From Truepera sp. (lineage in GTDB: Bacteria; Deinococcota; Deinococci; Deinococcales; Trueperaceae): a DNA stretch of 64,000 bases. The notes beneath the pieces were generated by a model. That model searched no databases and was not told the origin of the DNA. It was given only the letters and a program-made list of their open reading frames with translations. The DNA is taken from NCBI GenBank assembly GCA_965218435.1, contig CBDCKW010000009.1, positions 3,200,001-3,264,000 of the forward strand, read 5' to 3'. The position numbers were made by a program, and so were the translations under genes. Below are positions 9,374-18,962 of this stretch, in pieces. The stretch's first letter is position 1; the number at the start of each line of letters is the position of its first letter.

Positions 9374-12300
9374 TTAGTTCGCGGCCGTCCTATTCATACT
9401 GTCGGCCGTACCGACGCTGCGACCGGCCACCGCGCGGCTTAAAAAGCTTAGAAGTTTAGTTTCGTCTACGGGTTTGGTCAAGTAGTCCGTTGCGCCGAGC
9501 TCAAAAGCCAGCCGCATATGTTTTTCACCCGCGCGGGTGGTCATCACCAGAAGCGGCAGCTCGGCTAAATCCGGTTTACGGCGCACCTCTTCGATGAGTT
9601 CATAGCCGTTCATCCGCGGCATCTCGAGGTCGCTTAGGAGCGCGTCAAAACTTGTGCCTCTCAGCAGCTCGAGCGCCTCTAACCCGTCGGCGGCGGTGCT
9701 GACGCGGTAGCCTGCGCGCGTGAGCATCTTAGCGACGACTTTACGCACACTGATGCTGTCGTCAACTAAGAGCAGGTGACCCGACGCGACCGGCGCGAAG
9801 CTCTGGGGCCGAATAAAAGTTTGGGTGCCGGTACCTTGCGCGCGTCCGGCTAGGGCGCGAACCCCGGTCGGGTCAAGCATCAAAACGATGTCCCCCGACC
9901 CGGACACAGCAGCTCCGGCGAGGTGCGTCAAAGACTGCAGCGGCGCTTCAAGACCGCGCACGACCACCTCCTCGAGTTCTAAAAAGGTGTCTACCCCAAA
10001 CGCCGCTTTCGTGCCGCCGACGTCTAACAGCGCAAGTTGTACGAGCGGAGCCTCGAGTGTAGGCAAACCGAACAGCTCGCGTAGGGAGAAAAATTCGGCG
10101 AGTTGGTCCTCGACCATTACAAAGGTCCGGTCACCGTCACGGATAAAGTCACTTTGGGGCAGCGCCCGCAGAACCCGCACGGCGTCCGCGGGCAGCGCCA
10201 TCAGCTGCTCACCGACCTTTAAGGTGAGCGCTTCGGTAACGATCAGGGTTAGCGGCAGGGCGAGGGTAAAACGGGTACCCCGGCCCGGTTCACTCTGAAT
10301 GGCGACCTCGCCTTTTAGCCGCGCGATGTTGGCGGCGACCGCCTCCATCCCGACGCCGCGGCCCGCGTCGGTCGTCACCGTTTCAGCCGTGCTCAGGCCG
10401 GGTAAAAAGATCAGCTCCAAAGCTTCACGCGCCGAGAGTTTTGCGAGTGCTTCGGCGCTCAGCAAACCGCGCTCGAGCGCCTTAGCTTTTACCGCCGGGG
10501 CGTCAATCCCGCGCCCGTCGTCGGACACTTCGATATAGACGCGGTTGCCTTCGTGACGGGCGCTGACGCTGAGGGTACCTTGGGCAGGTTTGCCTGCTGC
10601 AAGACGCACTTCTTCAGTTTCGATGCCGTGAAAGGCGGCGTTTTTAACGAGGTGTAAAAGTGGGTCGGCGACGGCTTCTAAAATCAAGTTGTCAATTTCG
10701 ACCGCCTCGCCGCTCGCCCGGAAGTTGTACGATTTGCCCGGTACTTCGGTAACCAGACGGCGCAACCGGCCGAACAGCTGCCGCACCGCGACCATCCGGG
10801 CGCGGCCGACCTCACCCCGGAGTGAGCGGGTGAGTTTTTCAACCCCGTCGGTTTCTTCCCGTAACCGGCTCCCTAATTGACCGAACTGCGCTTGCACCTC
10901 GGCCAGGTCACTCGACATTTCGGCGACGCTGCGGGCCAAGATATTGAGGTCGCTGTACGAATCGAACTCGAGCTCATCAAACTGCGCACTTAAATCGAGG
11001 CGTAAACTCCGGCCTTGGGTTTCACCTTCCTCAGCACTGTTGCGGTCGCTACATTGCGGCAACGACGCTTGGAGGCGCGGGTTGAGGTAGCGTTCTTCAA
11101 ATTCTGAGACCGTCCGGCCCAAACGGGTGCGGCTGGCGTCTAACAGCTCGGTCAAGCTGCTGAACTGCCCGAGCAACCGGTCTACGCGGGCGCGCGCCGA
11201 GACGAGTTCGTTGGAGAGCGTCATCAGCGTGTCGAGTTTGGCCAAACTGACCCGGATAGTGCTGGCAGTCGGACCGGCGGTATCTCCGGTGGCAGCCGCC
11301 TGTGTAGCAACCTGCTGCTCGGGAGTCTCGGCAAGGGGTTCTAAGCGTGCCCAAAAGGTGTCCAGCGTGGTCGTTAAGGTGTCGTCACCTCCCTCAGCGA
11401 CGCTGAGCAGTTGCTCTAACACCTCGCTGCCGGTGGCAACGATCTCGGCGACAGCCGCGTCGAAGGGCAGCCCTTGTTCGCGCACCTCGATCATCAGACG
11501 TTCTAAACCGAGGGCGACGTCGGGCATCACCGGACAACCGACGGTTGCGGCGGCTCCTTTGACTGTGTGCGCCGCGCGGAAGATCAGGCTGACCTGCGCG
11601 TCGGCGACGCCCGCTTCGGAAATCATCTCGGCGGCGGCGCGAACCGTCGCCACGTGGCCCCGCACCTCGGGCGCGAAATGGGGCCAGATATCTTGGTTGG
11701 CCACGTAAAAGGCGCGTAACTCAGCCTCGAGGTCAGCTGAACCGGGCGCGGCTGCAGAAGCAGTTTTTGCGGGAGCTGAGCCTGCGCCTAAAGCCGCGCC
11801 GGTGACAGTCTGATAGGTGGGCTCGAGTCCCAAGTGCGTCTGCAGTTCGGTCCAAACCATCTGCGTTTTGCTCTCGACGTTGGTGGCGCGCCCCTCGGCG
11901 GCGGCGAGCATCAATGAGAGCGTGTCGGTACCGTCTTTTAGCACCCGCTGCGCCGCGTTATCAAACGCCGCGTCCCCTTCACGCACCTCGACCATCAGAT
12001 CTTCTAACAGGTGCGCGAGGTCACCCATAGGGGTCAGCCCGACCATATAGGCCGCCCCTTTAAGCGTGTGGGTCGAGCGGAACAGCTCGGTCAGGCGCTC
12101 GCTGCTGGCACCCTCGTCGCGCACCGCCTGCAGCGTCTCAGTTAAAGTTTCTAGGTGCTCATAAGCTTCAGGCGCAAAAAACTCCCAATCGTTTTGATGT
12201 TCTCTAAAAAAGCTGCGGAGCGTCTCGGTCAGGCTGAGCTGCGCCCCGTCAGCGGGGGCGCTTTCGGCTGTGCGCTGCGCGGCCAGTTTTGCGGCGCTGC

Positions 12301-12718
12301 GAAACGCGTCGCGGTTTTCGCGCAATAGGTCTTGGAGGAGCGCCGAGCCGCCTAAATAGTTGAGCTCGAGGCCCAAATCACCCTCAGCACGCCCTTCGGC
12401 AATCCGGGTCAACGCGTCTTGCAAACAGACCGCGACTTTTTCTAAAAACGCCCGGACCCGCCCTGTTTCAGCAGCAGGCAAGTATTTGCTCTGCGCCAGC
12501 AGACGTCCGGCAAGTTCGGCGAGGCTCGAGACTTGCGGGTAGCGGTAAAGTGCCGCGGTTCCCTTGAGGCGGTGGGTCACCACCGCCAGCTCTTTAAGCA
12601 CCTCGGGTTCAAAATCGCCTTGCAACTTGGCGGTTGCCGCTTCAAAGTGACCGAGCGCGTCCCACGCGTCGAAGATAAAGCTGTCTTGCAAGTCTGGCGG
12701 TACCGTCTCGGTCTGCAC
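9374..12718 (-). CDS. cheA: CheA-like hybrid histidine kinase (ChpA/PilL type): three Hpt domains, dimerisation domain, HATPase, CheW, REC
   Basis: Hpt motifs THRLKG, THTLKG, AHTVKG; HLVKNAAFHG, DDGRGID, FLPGLST, GRGVGM; C-terminal DLEMP receiver; SD AAGGAGG. Confidence 0.93.
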   Translation of the reverse strand: MQTETVPPDLQDSFIFDAWDALGHFEAATAKLQGDFEPEVLKELAVVTHRLKGTAALYRYPQVSSLAELAGRLLAQSKYLPAAETGRVRAFLEKVAVCLQDALTRIAEGRAEGDLGLELNYLGGSALLQDLLRENRDAFRSAAKLAAQRTAESAPADGAQLSLTETLRSFFREHQNDWEFFAPEAYEHLETLTETLQAVRDEGASSERLTELFRSTHTLKGAAYMVGLTPMGDLAHLLEDLMVEVREGDAAFDNAAQRVLKDGTDTLSLMLAAAEGRATNVESKTQMVWTELQTHLGLEPTYQTVTGAALGAGSAPAKTASAAAPGSADLEAELRAFYVANQDIWPHFAPEVRGHVATVRAAAEMISEAGVADAQVSLIFRAAHTVKGAAATVGCPVMPDVALGLERLMIEVREQGLPFDAAVAEIVATGSEVLEQLLSVAEGGDDTLTTTLDTFWARLEPLAETPEQQVATQAAATGDTAGPTASTIRVSLAKLDTLMTLSNELVSARARVDRLLGQFSSLTELLDASRTRLGRTVSEFEERYLNPRLQASLPQCSDRNSAEEGETQGRSLRLDLSAQFDELEFDSYSDLNILARSVAEMSSDLAEVQAQFGQLGSRLREETDGVEKLTRSLRGEVGRARMVAVRQLFGRLRRLVTEVPGKSYNFRASGEAVEIDNLILEAVADPLLHLVKNAAFHGIETEEVRLAAGKPAQGTLSVSARHEGNRVYIEVSDDGRGIDAPAVKAKALERGLLSAEALAKLSAREALELIFLPGLSTAETVTTDAGRGVGMEAVAANIARLKGEVAIQSEPGRGTRFTLALPLTLIVTEALTLKVGEQLMALPADAVRVLRALPQSDFIRDGDRTFVMVEDQLAEFFSLRELFGLPTLEAPLVQLALLDVGGTKAAFGVDTFLELEEVVVRGLEAPLQSLTHLAGAAVSGSGDIVLMLDPTGVRALAGRAQGTGTQTFIRPQSFAPVASGHLLLVDDSISVRKVVAKMLTRAGYRVSTAADGLEALELLRGTSFDALLSDLEMPRMNGYELIEEVRRKPDLAELPLLVMTTRAGEKHMRLAFELGATDYLTKPVDETKLLSFLSRAVAGRSVGTADSMNRTAAN

Positions 12719-12728
12719 GTCAACCTCC

Positions 12729-14990
12729 TTAAGCGAGGCGAAAGCGGACTAAGCTCTCGGTCAGACGTTCGGCGAGTTCTTGCAGGTTCTCGGCGGCTTC
12801 CCGGCCCTGCACCACCCGGTCGCGTGACGACTCGGACAAAGTGGCCATCGACTGGACCGAACTCCCCACTTCAGAAACGCTCATAACCTGCGCTTCGGTC
12901 GCTTGTGAGATGTTTTGCGCAAACTGCACCGCCTGCTGCACCACCACGGCGACCTCTTTCAGGCGTTCCCCTGCTTCAGTGGCCACGCGGTAACCGGCCT
13001 CTACCTCACGGGTTCCCCCTTCAACCCCGAGATTCACCTCTTGCACCTCTTCTTGAATCCGTTTGATCAGCGCGTCCACGCGGTTGGTCGCCACCGAGGT
13101 GTCTTCGGCGAGCTTACGAACCTCGTCGGCGATAACCGAAAAACGCTGTCCGGCTTCACCGGCACCGGCGGCCTCAATCGCCGCGTTCAGCGCGAGCAGG
13201 TTGGTTTGTGATGAAATCCGTGAAATCGTCTCGACGATCTCCGAAATCTCCAAAGAGCGTTCACCGAGCGTTTTCACGCGTTTGGAAATCCCTTGCACCT
13301 CACGGCGGATATTTTGCATCCCGCCGAGCGTGTCGTCCACGGCTTTTTGCCCCTGTTCCGAAGCACTCAGGGCTTGCTGCGCCGCTCTCGCCGACGCTTC
13401 GGCGTCACGGGCCATCTGCTGAATCGAACCCGTGACCTGCACGACTTGGTTACGTGCCCGCTGCGCTTCAACCGCCTGCTGCTGCGCCCCGGTAGCGATC
13501 GCTTCCGTAGTTAAGAGCATCTCACCCGAACCGCTCCGCACCGAGTTCGCCGTGTCGGTAAACTCGGTTAAGACCAAACCGATCTCTTCAACCATCAGGT
13601 TGATCGCGTCAACCACGTTTCCGAGCACGTCTTCAGACACTTGCCCGCGCTGAGTAAAGTCGCCGCTGGCGATGTCCATGGCGACGTTCAAAAAGCTGCC
13701 GATGTTACTTTGCAGTTCGCGGTTACGTTCCAAAATCTCGGCGTCGGACTGCGCTTTAAGTTGCAGCTGTTTAACCGAGTCGTTAAACGCCGCCGCGAGC
13801 ACCCCGAGTTCGTCGGTGGACGAGACGTTGGCGCGGGCGTTCAGGTCACCTTGACTTAAACGTGTCGAGGCGGTAAAAAGCTGGTTGATCGGCCTCGAGA
13901 TACGGTTGGCAACCGCAGCAGAAAGTAGGAACGCGAGAGCAGTCGCAAGCGCGACGAGCGTAAGTGCGATGAGCTGCGTTCTGCGCAAGTTGGCGACGCG
14001 GGCTTCCAAAAGGTCACCAAGGACGTTAAAACTGGTGTTATGCAGGGCGGTGAGGTCGGCCAGGGCCGAGTTCGCGTCCCCGTTAAGGGCGCGGGGACCC
14101 GGCAGTTCGGCGGCCTCGAGTACGACTTGTTTGACCCCGACAATATAGGTGTCAACCGACTGCGCAACTCTGGCAACCGGCGCGGTTAGGGCCGCTGCTA
14201 AATTAGGATTGGCCTGGACTGCGTAGGCGACGTCTTGCTCTACCTCTCTTAGACCTCTGGTCGCAAAGGCCAGCTGCTGGCCGATAAACGCCCGTTCCGG
14301 CGCGGTAATTTCGTTACGGTAGAGGACGCTGTTGGTACGGTCGAGAACCGTGTTAAGGGTAGACTCGAGCTCGAGCAACCGGTTGACCGCCAGGCTCATG
14401 ACGTAGTAGCTGTCTTGGTCAGGGTCAAGAATCAGGTTCGAGGCGTTGCCAACGTCGCTAAAGAGACGCGGAATATCGACGCGCAAAAGGTCGAGGTGTC
14501 TAAAGGCGTTTTGCCCGACGGTGCCTTGAGCGGCTTTTTGCTGAATCTCTGCCCACGCTGCGGCGAGCGCCCCAACTTGTTCACGGGTCCCGAACTCACC
14601 GCCGTAAAGCTGGTCTACGCGGATAAGGTCGGCGAGCGCCGCGTCTACCCGGGCGCTGGCTTCGGTCTGCTGCGGCAAGGCGCTGTCGTCACCACGTAAC
14701 ACCCGGTCGGACACCGCGAGGTGCTGCTCGAGCGCGACGAGCAGCGCTTTGGCCGGTTTGAGGTACTCGGCTCCGCGAATCTCTTTTGCGCCAAAATTGA
14801 TGTTTGTGTTTTGCGTGTTGATCAGGAGCCCCACCACGACAAACAAGGGGACGACGAAAGCGGCGGTAATGAGCAGCAGCTTTTGCCAAATCTTGAGCGA
14901 GCCTAAAAAGTCTTTGGCTTTAGGGCGGCCTCCGGGTGGGCTTTGGGGCAGGCGGCGAGCCGGACGTGGGGGGCGTTGAGGGGTGTCCAT
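12729..14990 (-). CDS. Methyl-accepting chemotaxis protein (PilJ-like): two TM, extracytoplasmic sensor, HAMP, MA domain
   Basis: [36 protein letters not shown] signalling hairpin; [13 protein letters not shown] sensor motif; [15 protein letters not shown]. Confidence 0.93.
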   Translation of the reverse strand: MDTPQRPPRPARRLPQSPPGGRPKAKDFLGSLKIWQKLLLITAAFVVPLFVVVGLLINTQNTNINFGAKEIRGAEYLKPAKALLVALEQHLAVSDRVLRGDDSALPQQTEASARVDAALADLIRVDQLYGGEFGTREQVGALAAAWAEIQQKAAQGTVGQNAFRHLDLLRVDIPRLFSDVGNASNLILDPDQDSYYVMSLAVNRLLELESTLNTVLDRTNSVLYRNEITAPERAFIGQQLAFATRGLREVEQDVAYAVQANPNLAAALTAPVARVAQSVDTYIVGVKQVVLEAAELPGPRALNGDANSALADLTALHNTSFNVLGDLLEARVANLRRTQLIALTLVALATALAFLLSAAVANRISRPINQLFTASTRLSQGDLNARANVSSTDELGVLAAAFNDSVKQLQLKAQSDAEILERNRELQSNIGSFLNVAMDIASGDFTQRGQVSEDVLGNVVDAINLMVEEIGLVLTEFTDTANSVRSGSGEMLLTTEAIATGAQQQAVEAQRARNQVVQVTGSIQQMARDAEASARAAQQALSASEQGQKAVDDTLGGMQNIRREVQGISKRVKTLGERSLEISEIVETISRISSQTNLLALNAAIEAAGAGEAGQRFSVIADEVRKLAEDTSVATNRVDALIKRIQEEVQEVNLGVEGGTREVEAGYRVATEAGERLKEVAVVVQQAVQFAQNISQATEAQVMSVSEVGSSVQSMATLSESSRDRVVQGREAAENLQELAERLTESLVRFRLA

Positions 14991-14998
14991 AAAAACTC

Positions 14999-15437
14999 CT
15001 ATTCGTAAACTTCAGCTTCCAGCCGTGGTTCGTCGGAAGCTGGGAAAAGGGCGTTGAGCAAAAGCGGAAAGCTGAGCAAGATAGCCAGAATCAAAAAGAA
15101 GTCGAGCGACAAAGACACGCCTGAACTCGAGAGCACGTCCAGCTCAGCCGAGGCGGGAAGCGCTGTAAAGCGGGCGGCGGCTATGCCGACGTAGTGCAAG
15201 AGCGGAATCGCCGAACCCACCACTGCAGAGACGATCAGAGTACGGTTGCGGATATTACCAAAGCGGCTCGAGGTCATCGTCCACAAACCAAACGAGCAGA
15301 TCACGACCGCGACGACGACCGAAACTCCGACCATCGGGAGGCCAAAGCCCAGCGCCGCGTTCATCCGCATAGCGACGATCCATGAGATTGCGACGAGGGT
15401 CGAATCGTGTGACAGCGAGGTGCGCAGCGTGATTCAT
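14999..15437 (-). pseudogene. Degenerate MHYT-domain membrane sensor (frameshift plus internal deletion)
   Basis: ATG at 15437 gives MNHAAHLAVT, then a frame change gives HDSTLVAISWIVA joined directly to AMRMNAALGFGLPMVGVSVVVAVV...LLHYVGIAAARF, which resembles the last MHYT repeat. Confidence 0.55.
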
Positions 15438-15565
15438 AACGGGTTGTCTCTACTTTCTTGATAGTTGGGTTGCTAAAACTTTTGTAACTGGTTTTTGCGC
15501 CCAGCTGTTTGCGTTCGGCTGTTTGTAGCTGGCTCACAACTGCGTAGCCGAGACCGTAGGCCGTA

Positions 15566-16006
15566 TTAGGCCGCTACGAGCTGACGCTCCAAAGTGTTCA
15601 TCACTGCTGCGACGTCGAGCAGGACAGCTTGGAGGTCGCCGTGCGTCACTGTGCCCCTGCTAAACGCTTGCACTGCGGGGTCAGGTTTGCCGGTGGTGGT
15701 TTTGTAGGGAAAAAAGCCGAAAACTTCATCTAAGTAAAAAGCCGACGGGTGTCCTTCATAGTCAACCAGCGCGGCTCTACTATTTGTCGGCACCGGTGCC
15801 GCGGGCAGCTCGAGCAGTGGGCGCAGATCAATCAGGGGCAAGATTGCGCCACGAACACTAAAAAGCCCGAGCAGTTCCGGTCCGACCCTGGGAACCCGGG
15901 TCAAGTTGTTGACCACGACAATCTGACGCAAGTATTCGCTCCCGAGCGCGAGCCGCTGCTCGCCCAGGCGAAAGTAACAAGCCCGCTGAGAGACCGTATA
16001 GCTCAT
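15566..16006 (-). CDS. cheW: CheW/PilI coupling protein
   Basis: LTRVPRVGPELLGLFSVRGAILPLIDL CheW motif; operon context. Confidence 0.9.
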   Translation of the reverse strand: MSYTVSQRACYFRLGEQRLALGSEYLRQIVVVNNLTRVPRVGPELLGLFSVRGAILPLIDLRPLLELPAAPVPTNSRAALVDYEGHPSAFYLDEVFGFFPYKTTTGKPDPAVQAFSRGTVTHGDLQAVLLDVAAVMNTLERQLVAA

Positions 16007-16018
16007 GGATAGCCCACT

Positions 16019-16378
16019 CTAGAGCTGTTTCCTTACCGCAGCCAGCACGGACTCAGGCGTAAAGGGTTTGGTTACATAGTCCACAGCACCTTGCCGCAAC
16101 CCCCAACGAATATCGGTGTCTTCGCCTTTTGAGCTGACCATAATGACGGGCACCGTTTTGGTCGCGCTCTGGCGTTTGAGGCCGCGCAGCACCTCGTAAC
16201 CGTTCCTTTCAGGCATCACCACGTCGAGCAAAATAAGGTCGGGCGTATCTTCGCGGAGTTTGGTTTCAGCGCCGGTTCCACTCGAGAGTGTCTGAACACG
16301 GTGCCCCTCACCTCTTAAAATTGATGCGAGCATGTCAAGGGTTGCCGAGGAGTCGTCAATCAGCGTAATTTTTGCCAC
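16019..16378 (-). CDS. Single-domain response regulator (PilH/CheY-like)
   Basis: IDDS...LLDVVMP...SSKGEDTDIRWGLRQGAVDYVTKPF is PilH-like; GTG at 16378 follows SD AAAGGA. Confidence 0.9.
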   Translation of the reverse strand: MAKITLIDDSSATLDMLASILRGEGHRVQTLSSGTGAETKLREDTPDLILLDVVMPERNGYEVLRGLKRQSATKTVPVIMVSSKGEDTDIRWGLRQGAVDYVTKPFTPESVLAAVRKQL

Positions 16379-16814
16379 AGAATTCCTTTCTGATAGCGCC
16401 ACCACCCAAGCGTGTGTCAAGGGTGTGGCGGCTCGAGGCACTACGGCCCCCGTGCCCTTACTATGAGGCGCGGTGTGACCGTTGCACTGTTAAAAACTTC
16501 GTCTAGCTTTAAGCTAGCGAGTAAAGTAAAAATTCTTACTGTGGTTTGCCTGGCCGCTCAAGCTAACCGGATTGACGGCGTGCCGTAGGGCATAAGTCAG
16601 AATGAAGAACTCAGACGTGGGTGCTTGACCGGGAAAACAGGGGCTCGAGCGCAGTACGCCCCACCAGTGTTAAACCGGTGAAGCTTGATTTTTCACAGCT
16701 CTGAGCGCCCAAGCCTCGTATAACTAGGGTCGGGGTACCGCGCCGCGCAAGTACCGGCAACAACCAGCTAGCGAGCGCCAGCCGGGTAACGAATGCCAAA
16801 GATGGGTAGAACCT

Positions 16815-17429
16815 ATGACGACGCACCTGCACTACGCTGCCAGCACCTACGTCTTTCGGCTGCTCGGCCGCGGGCGCGCGGGCGTGCAGCGCCTGCCCGG
16901 TAGCGCGTTGGGTGGGGCGCTGGCGGCTCTCCGTGAAGCGGGGCAAAACGCACTTATCGAAGTTGAACTCCCGAACGGCTCGCTAGGGCGGCTACTCGTT
17001 CAGGTCGGCCGCCCGGTATTTGCCCAGTACGAAAGCAAGCTCGCAGAAGCGGCGTTAGCGGAGCTTGGGGCGGGTACAGCGGAGGCGCACCTCTATCTCC
17101 TCAAACTCAGCGACGAGCAGATCATCTTTGCCTGCGCCGCCCTGAGGGGGATTCCCTTGGCGCTCGGCGAAACACTGCCGACAGAGACTGAACACTTTTC
17201 GGCGCTCCTGACGCAGCTCGGGCAGCAGAGGTTTACCGGCGTGGTGGCGCTCGAGCAGGGCTTACAAACCCTCATCTGGCGGTTTCAGCGTGGCCGCCTC
17301 CTTAATAACGCCGAGCTTCCCGGCAAGGTAAGAGCAGGCCGCTTGACCCAACTCGTTTGGCAAGAGCAGTTGCTTCCAGAAATCGGCGAGCCCGAAGCTC
17401 TACAGGAACCGCGCAAACTTCAGACGTAG
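16815..17429 (+). CDS. Hypothetical protein with two DUF4388/PATAN-like repeats, possibly truncated
   Basis: GRLLVQVGRPVFA and LTQLGQQRFTGVVAL...FQRGRL; divergent from the chemosensory operon. Confidence 0.55.
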   Translation: MTTHLHYAASTYVFRLLGRGRAGVQRLPGSALGGALAALREAGQNALIEVELPNGSLGRLLVQVGRPVFAQYESKLAEAALAELGAGTAEAHLYLLKLSDEQIIFACAALRGIPLALGETLPTETEHFSALLTQLGQQRFTGVVALEQGLQTLIWRFQRGRLLNNAELPGKVRAGRLTQLVWQEQLLPEIGEPEALQEPRKLQT

Positions 17430-17685
17430 CATAGGCTTTGGCGCAAACTTCAGCACAGGTTTCGGCATAGGTTTCAGCTAAAGCTGCTAGTCCGGCGCAG
17501 CTCGAGCCGATACGGGCAACGATTTCACCTACGTCACCTACGTCACCCCCGCCACTCGCGCCAACGCGGGCTAAGACACAGGCTCATAAGGCAAAAGCTC
17601 ACACCGTTCAAAACCCGGCTTCACACAGTCGAGCGTATCGCCGGGTCAGCGGCTGCCAGGGACTTTAGAGACAGTTTTTGAGTAG

Positions 17686-17734
17686 TAGGTTTTAAGCAAT
17701 AGGTTTTAAGCGGTAAGGAGTGAGAAGTTAGAAG
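17686..17734. repeat. Degenerate heptamer tandem repeat
   Basis: TAGGTTT TAAGCAA TAGGTTT TAAGCGG TAAGGAG TGAGAAG TTAGAAG. Confidence 0.55.
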
Positions 17735-18045
17735 GCAGCTTGCCCGGACAAATGGCGTTTTTCGCGCACCTATGCCGGTAAAAGTAAAGGTTGATAGGGC
17801 TCCGTACCAGAGCGCCGAATACCGGAGCACCGAAGAATATCCGCTTGAAACGACGGTTTAGTCAGGCGTCTTTACCCATGTAACCAAAACCTCAACATGC
17901 TTAAGAAGATAGACGGGCCCTTTCAAACTGTGACTTGACCCGAAAAACGGCTCTAAAAGAGCGTCTACGATAGGGTGTCACGGCTTAGGAATGTGACGAT
18001 CAGTCACAAAAAGATAGACCTGGCAAGCCACCATCTGGAGGAAAT

Positions 18046-18717
18046 ATGAGTTATTCGTCAAAGTACAGCAGCCAAGCCTACGGCTCAAGCTCGAGCTACA
18101 GCAACTCTAACGATCAAGACGACACGAACTGGGGTTACGTCGCTGTCGGTGGGGTGCTGATTGCAGCGGGCGCTTATCTGATCTTCCGCGGCGTCAATCA
18201 AGCTGACAGCGGTTCTAGCGGTGGTTCTAGCAGTAGCGGTCAGTATGCTCCTTACCGTAATCAGGGTGCGGGCATTCAGGTCAGAGAAAGCATCGTGATT
18301 GAAAAGCCCGACAGTGAACTCTACCGTTACTGGCGCAACCTCGAGAACCTACCGCACATTATGAGTCATTTAGAGTCGGTGACCGAGATGGGCAGCCGCT
18401 CGCACTGGAAAGCTAAAGGACCGCTCGGGATCAGTCTCGAGTGGGACGCCGTTGTTACCGACGAGCGCGAAAACGAAACGGTTTCGTGGCGTTCTTTAGA
18501 GGATTCACAAATTCCCAACGAAGGCACCGTGCGTTTCAGCCGCCGCGATGACAACAGCACCGAGGTCATCGTGTCTTTGACCTATCACCCCCCGCTCGGG
18601 CCGGTCGGCGCAGCTGTCGCCAAACTTTTTGGTGAAGAGCCCTCCCAGCAGATTAAAGACGACCTGCAAAACTTCAAGCAGTCCGTCGAGGGCGGCACAC
18701 TTTCTCTAAGCCTTTAG
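18046..18717 (+). CDS. SRPBCC (polyketide cyclase-like) family protein
   Basis: YRYWRNLENLPHIMSHLESV, SHWKAKGPLG, GEEPSQQIKDDLQNFK; SD GGAGG. Confidence 0.88.
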   Translation: MSYSSKYSSQAYGSSSSYSNSNDQDDTNWGYVAVGGVLIAAGAYLIFRGVNQADSGSSGGSSSSGQYAPYRNQGAGIQVRESIVIEKPDSELYRYWRNLENLPHIMSHLESVTEMGSRSHWKAKGPLGISLEWDAVVTDERENETVSWRSLEDSQIPNEGTVRFSRRDDNSTEVIVSLTYHPPLGPVGAAVAKLFGEEPSQQIKDDLQNFKQSVEGGTLSLSL

Positions 18718-18750
18718 CAGCGAGTTGGTCAGCACCACGGCGTTACGAGA

Positions 18751-18779
18751 GCTGCCCGAGGTTGGGCGGCTTTTTCTTT
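18751..18779 (+). terminator. Rho-independent terminator
   Basis: GCTGCCC-gaggtt-GGGCGGC followed by TTTTTCTTT. Confidence 0.75.
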
Positions 18780-18962
18780 AGCTGAGTTATAGAGCTCGAG
18801 GCGCAAACTTTGAGGCTTAAACAGCACTAAGAAAGTGACCCGAGTATCACCTTAGAATGTGCGTGCCGGTCAGTAAAAACTGTATTAGGAGCGTTGCCGA
18901 CCGGTTCCGAACGCAGTGAGAACGGACTTGCTACCTGCTAAAAGCTTTAAGGAGTAAGTATA

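Noticed and set aside
17992..18008. CRP/DdrI-like site TGTGA-N7-TCACA upstream of the SRPBCC gene
   Set aside because: The spacer is 7 nt rather than the canonical 6; a real palindrome, but the regulator cannot be assigned.
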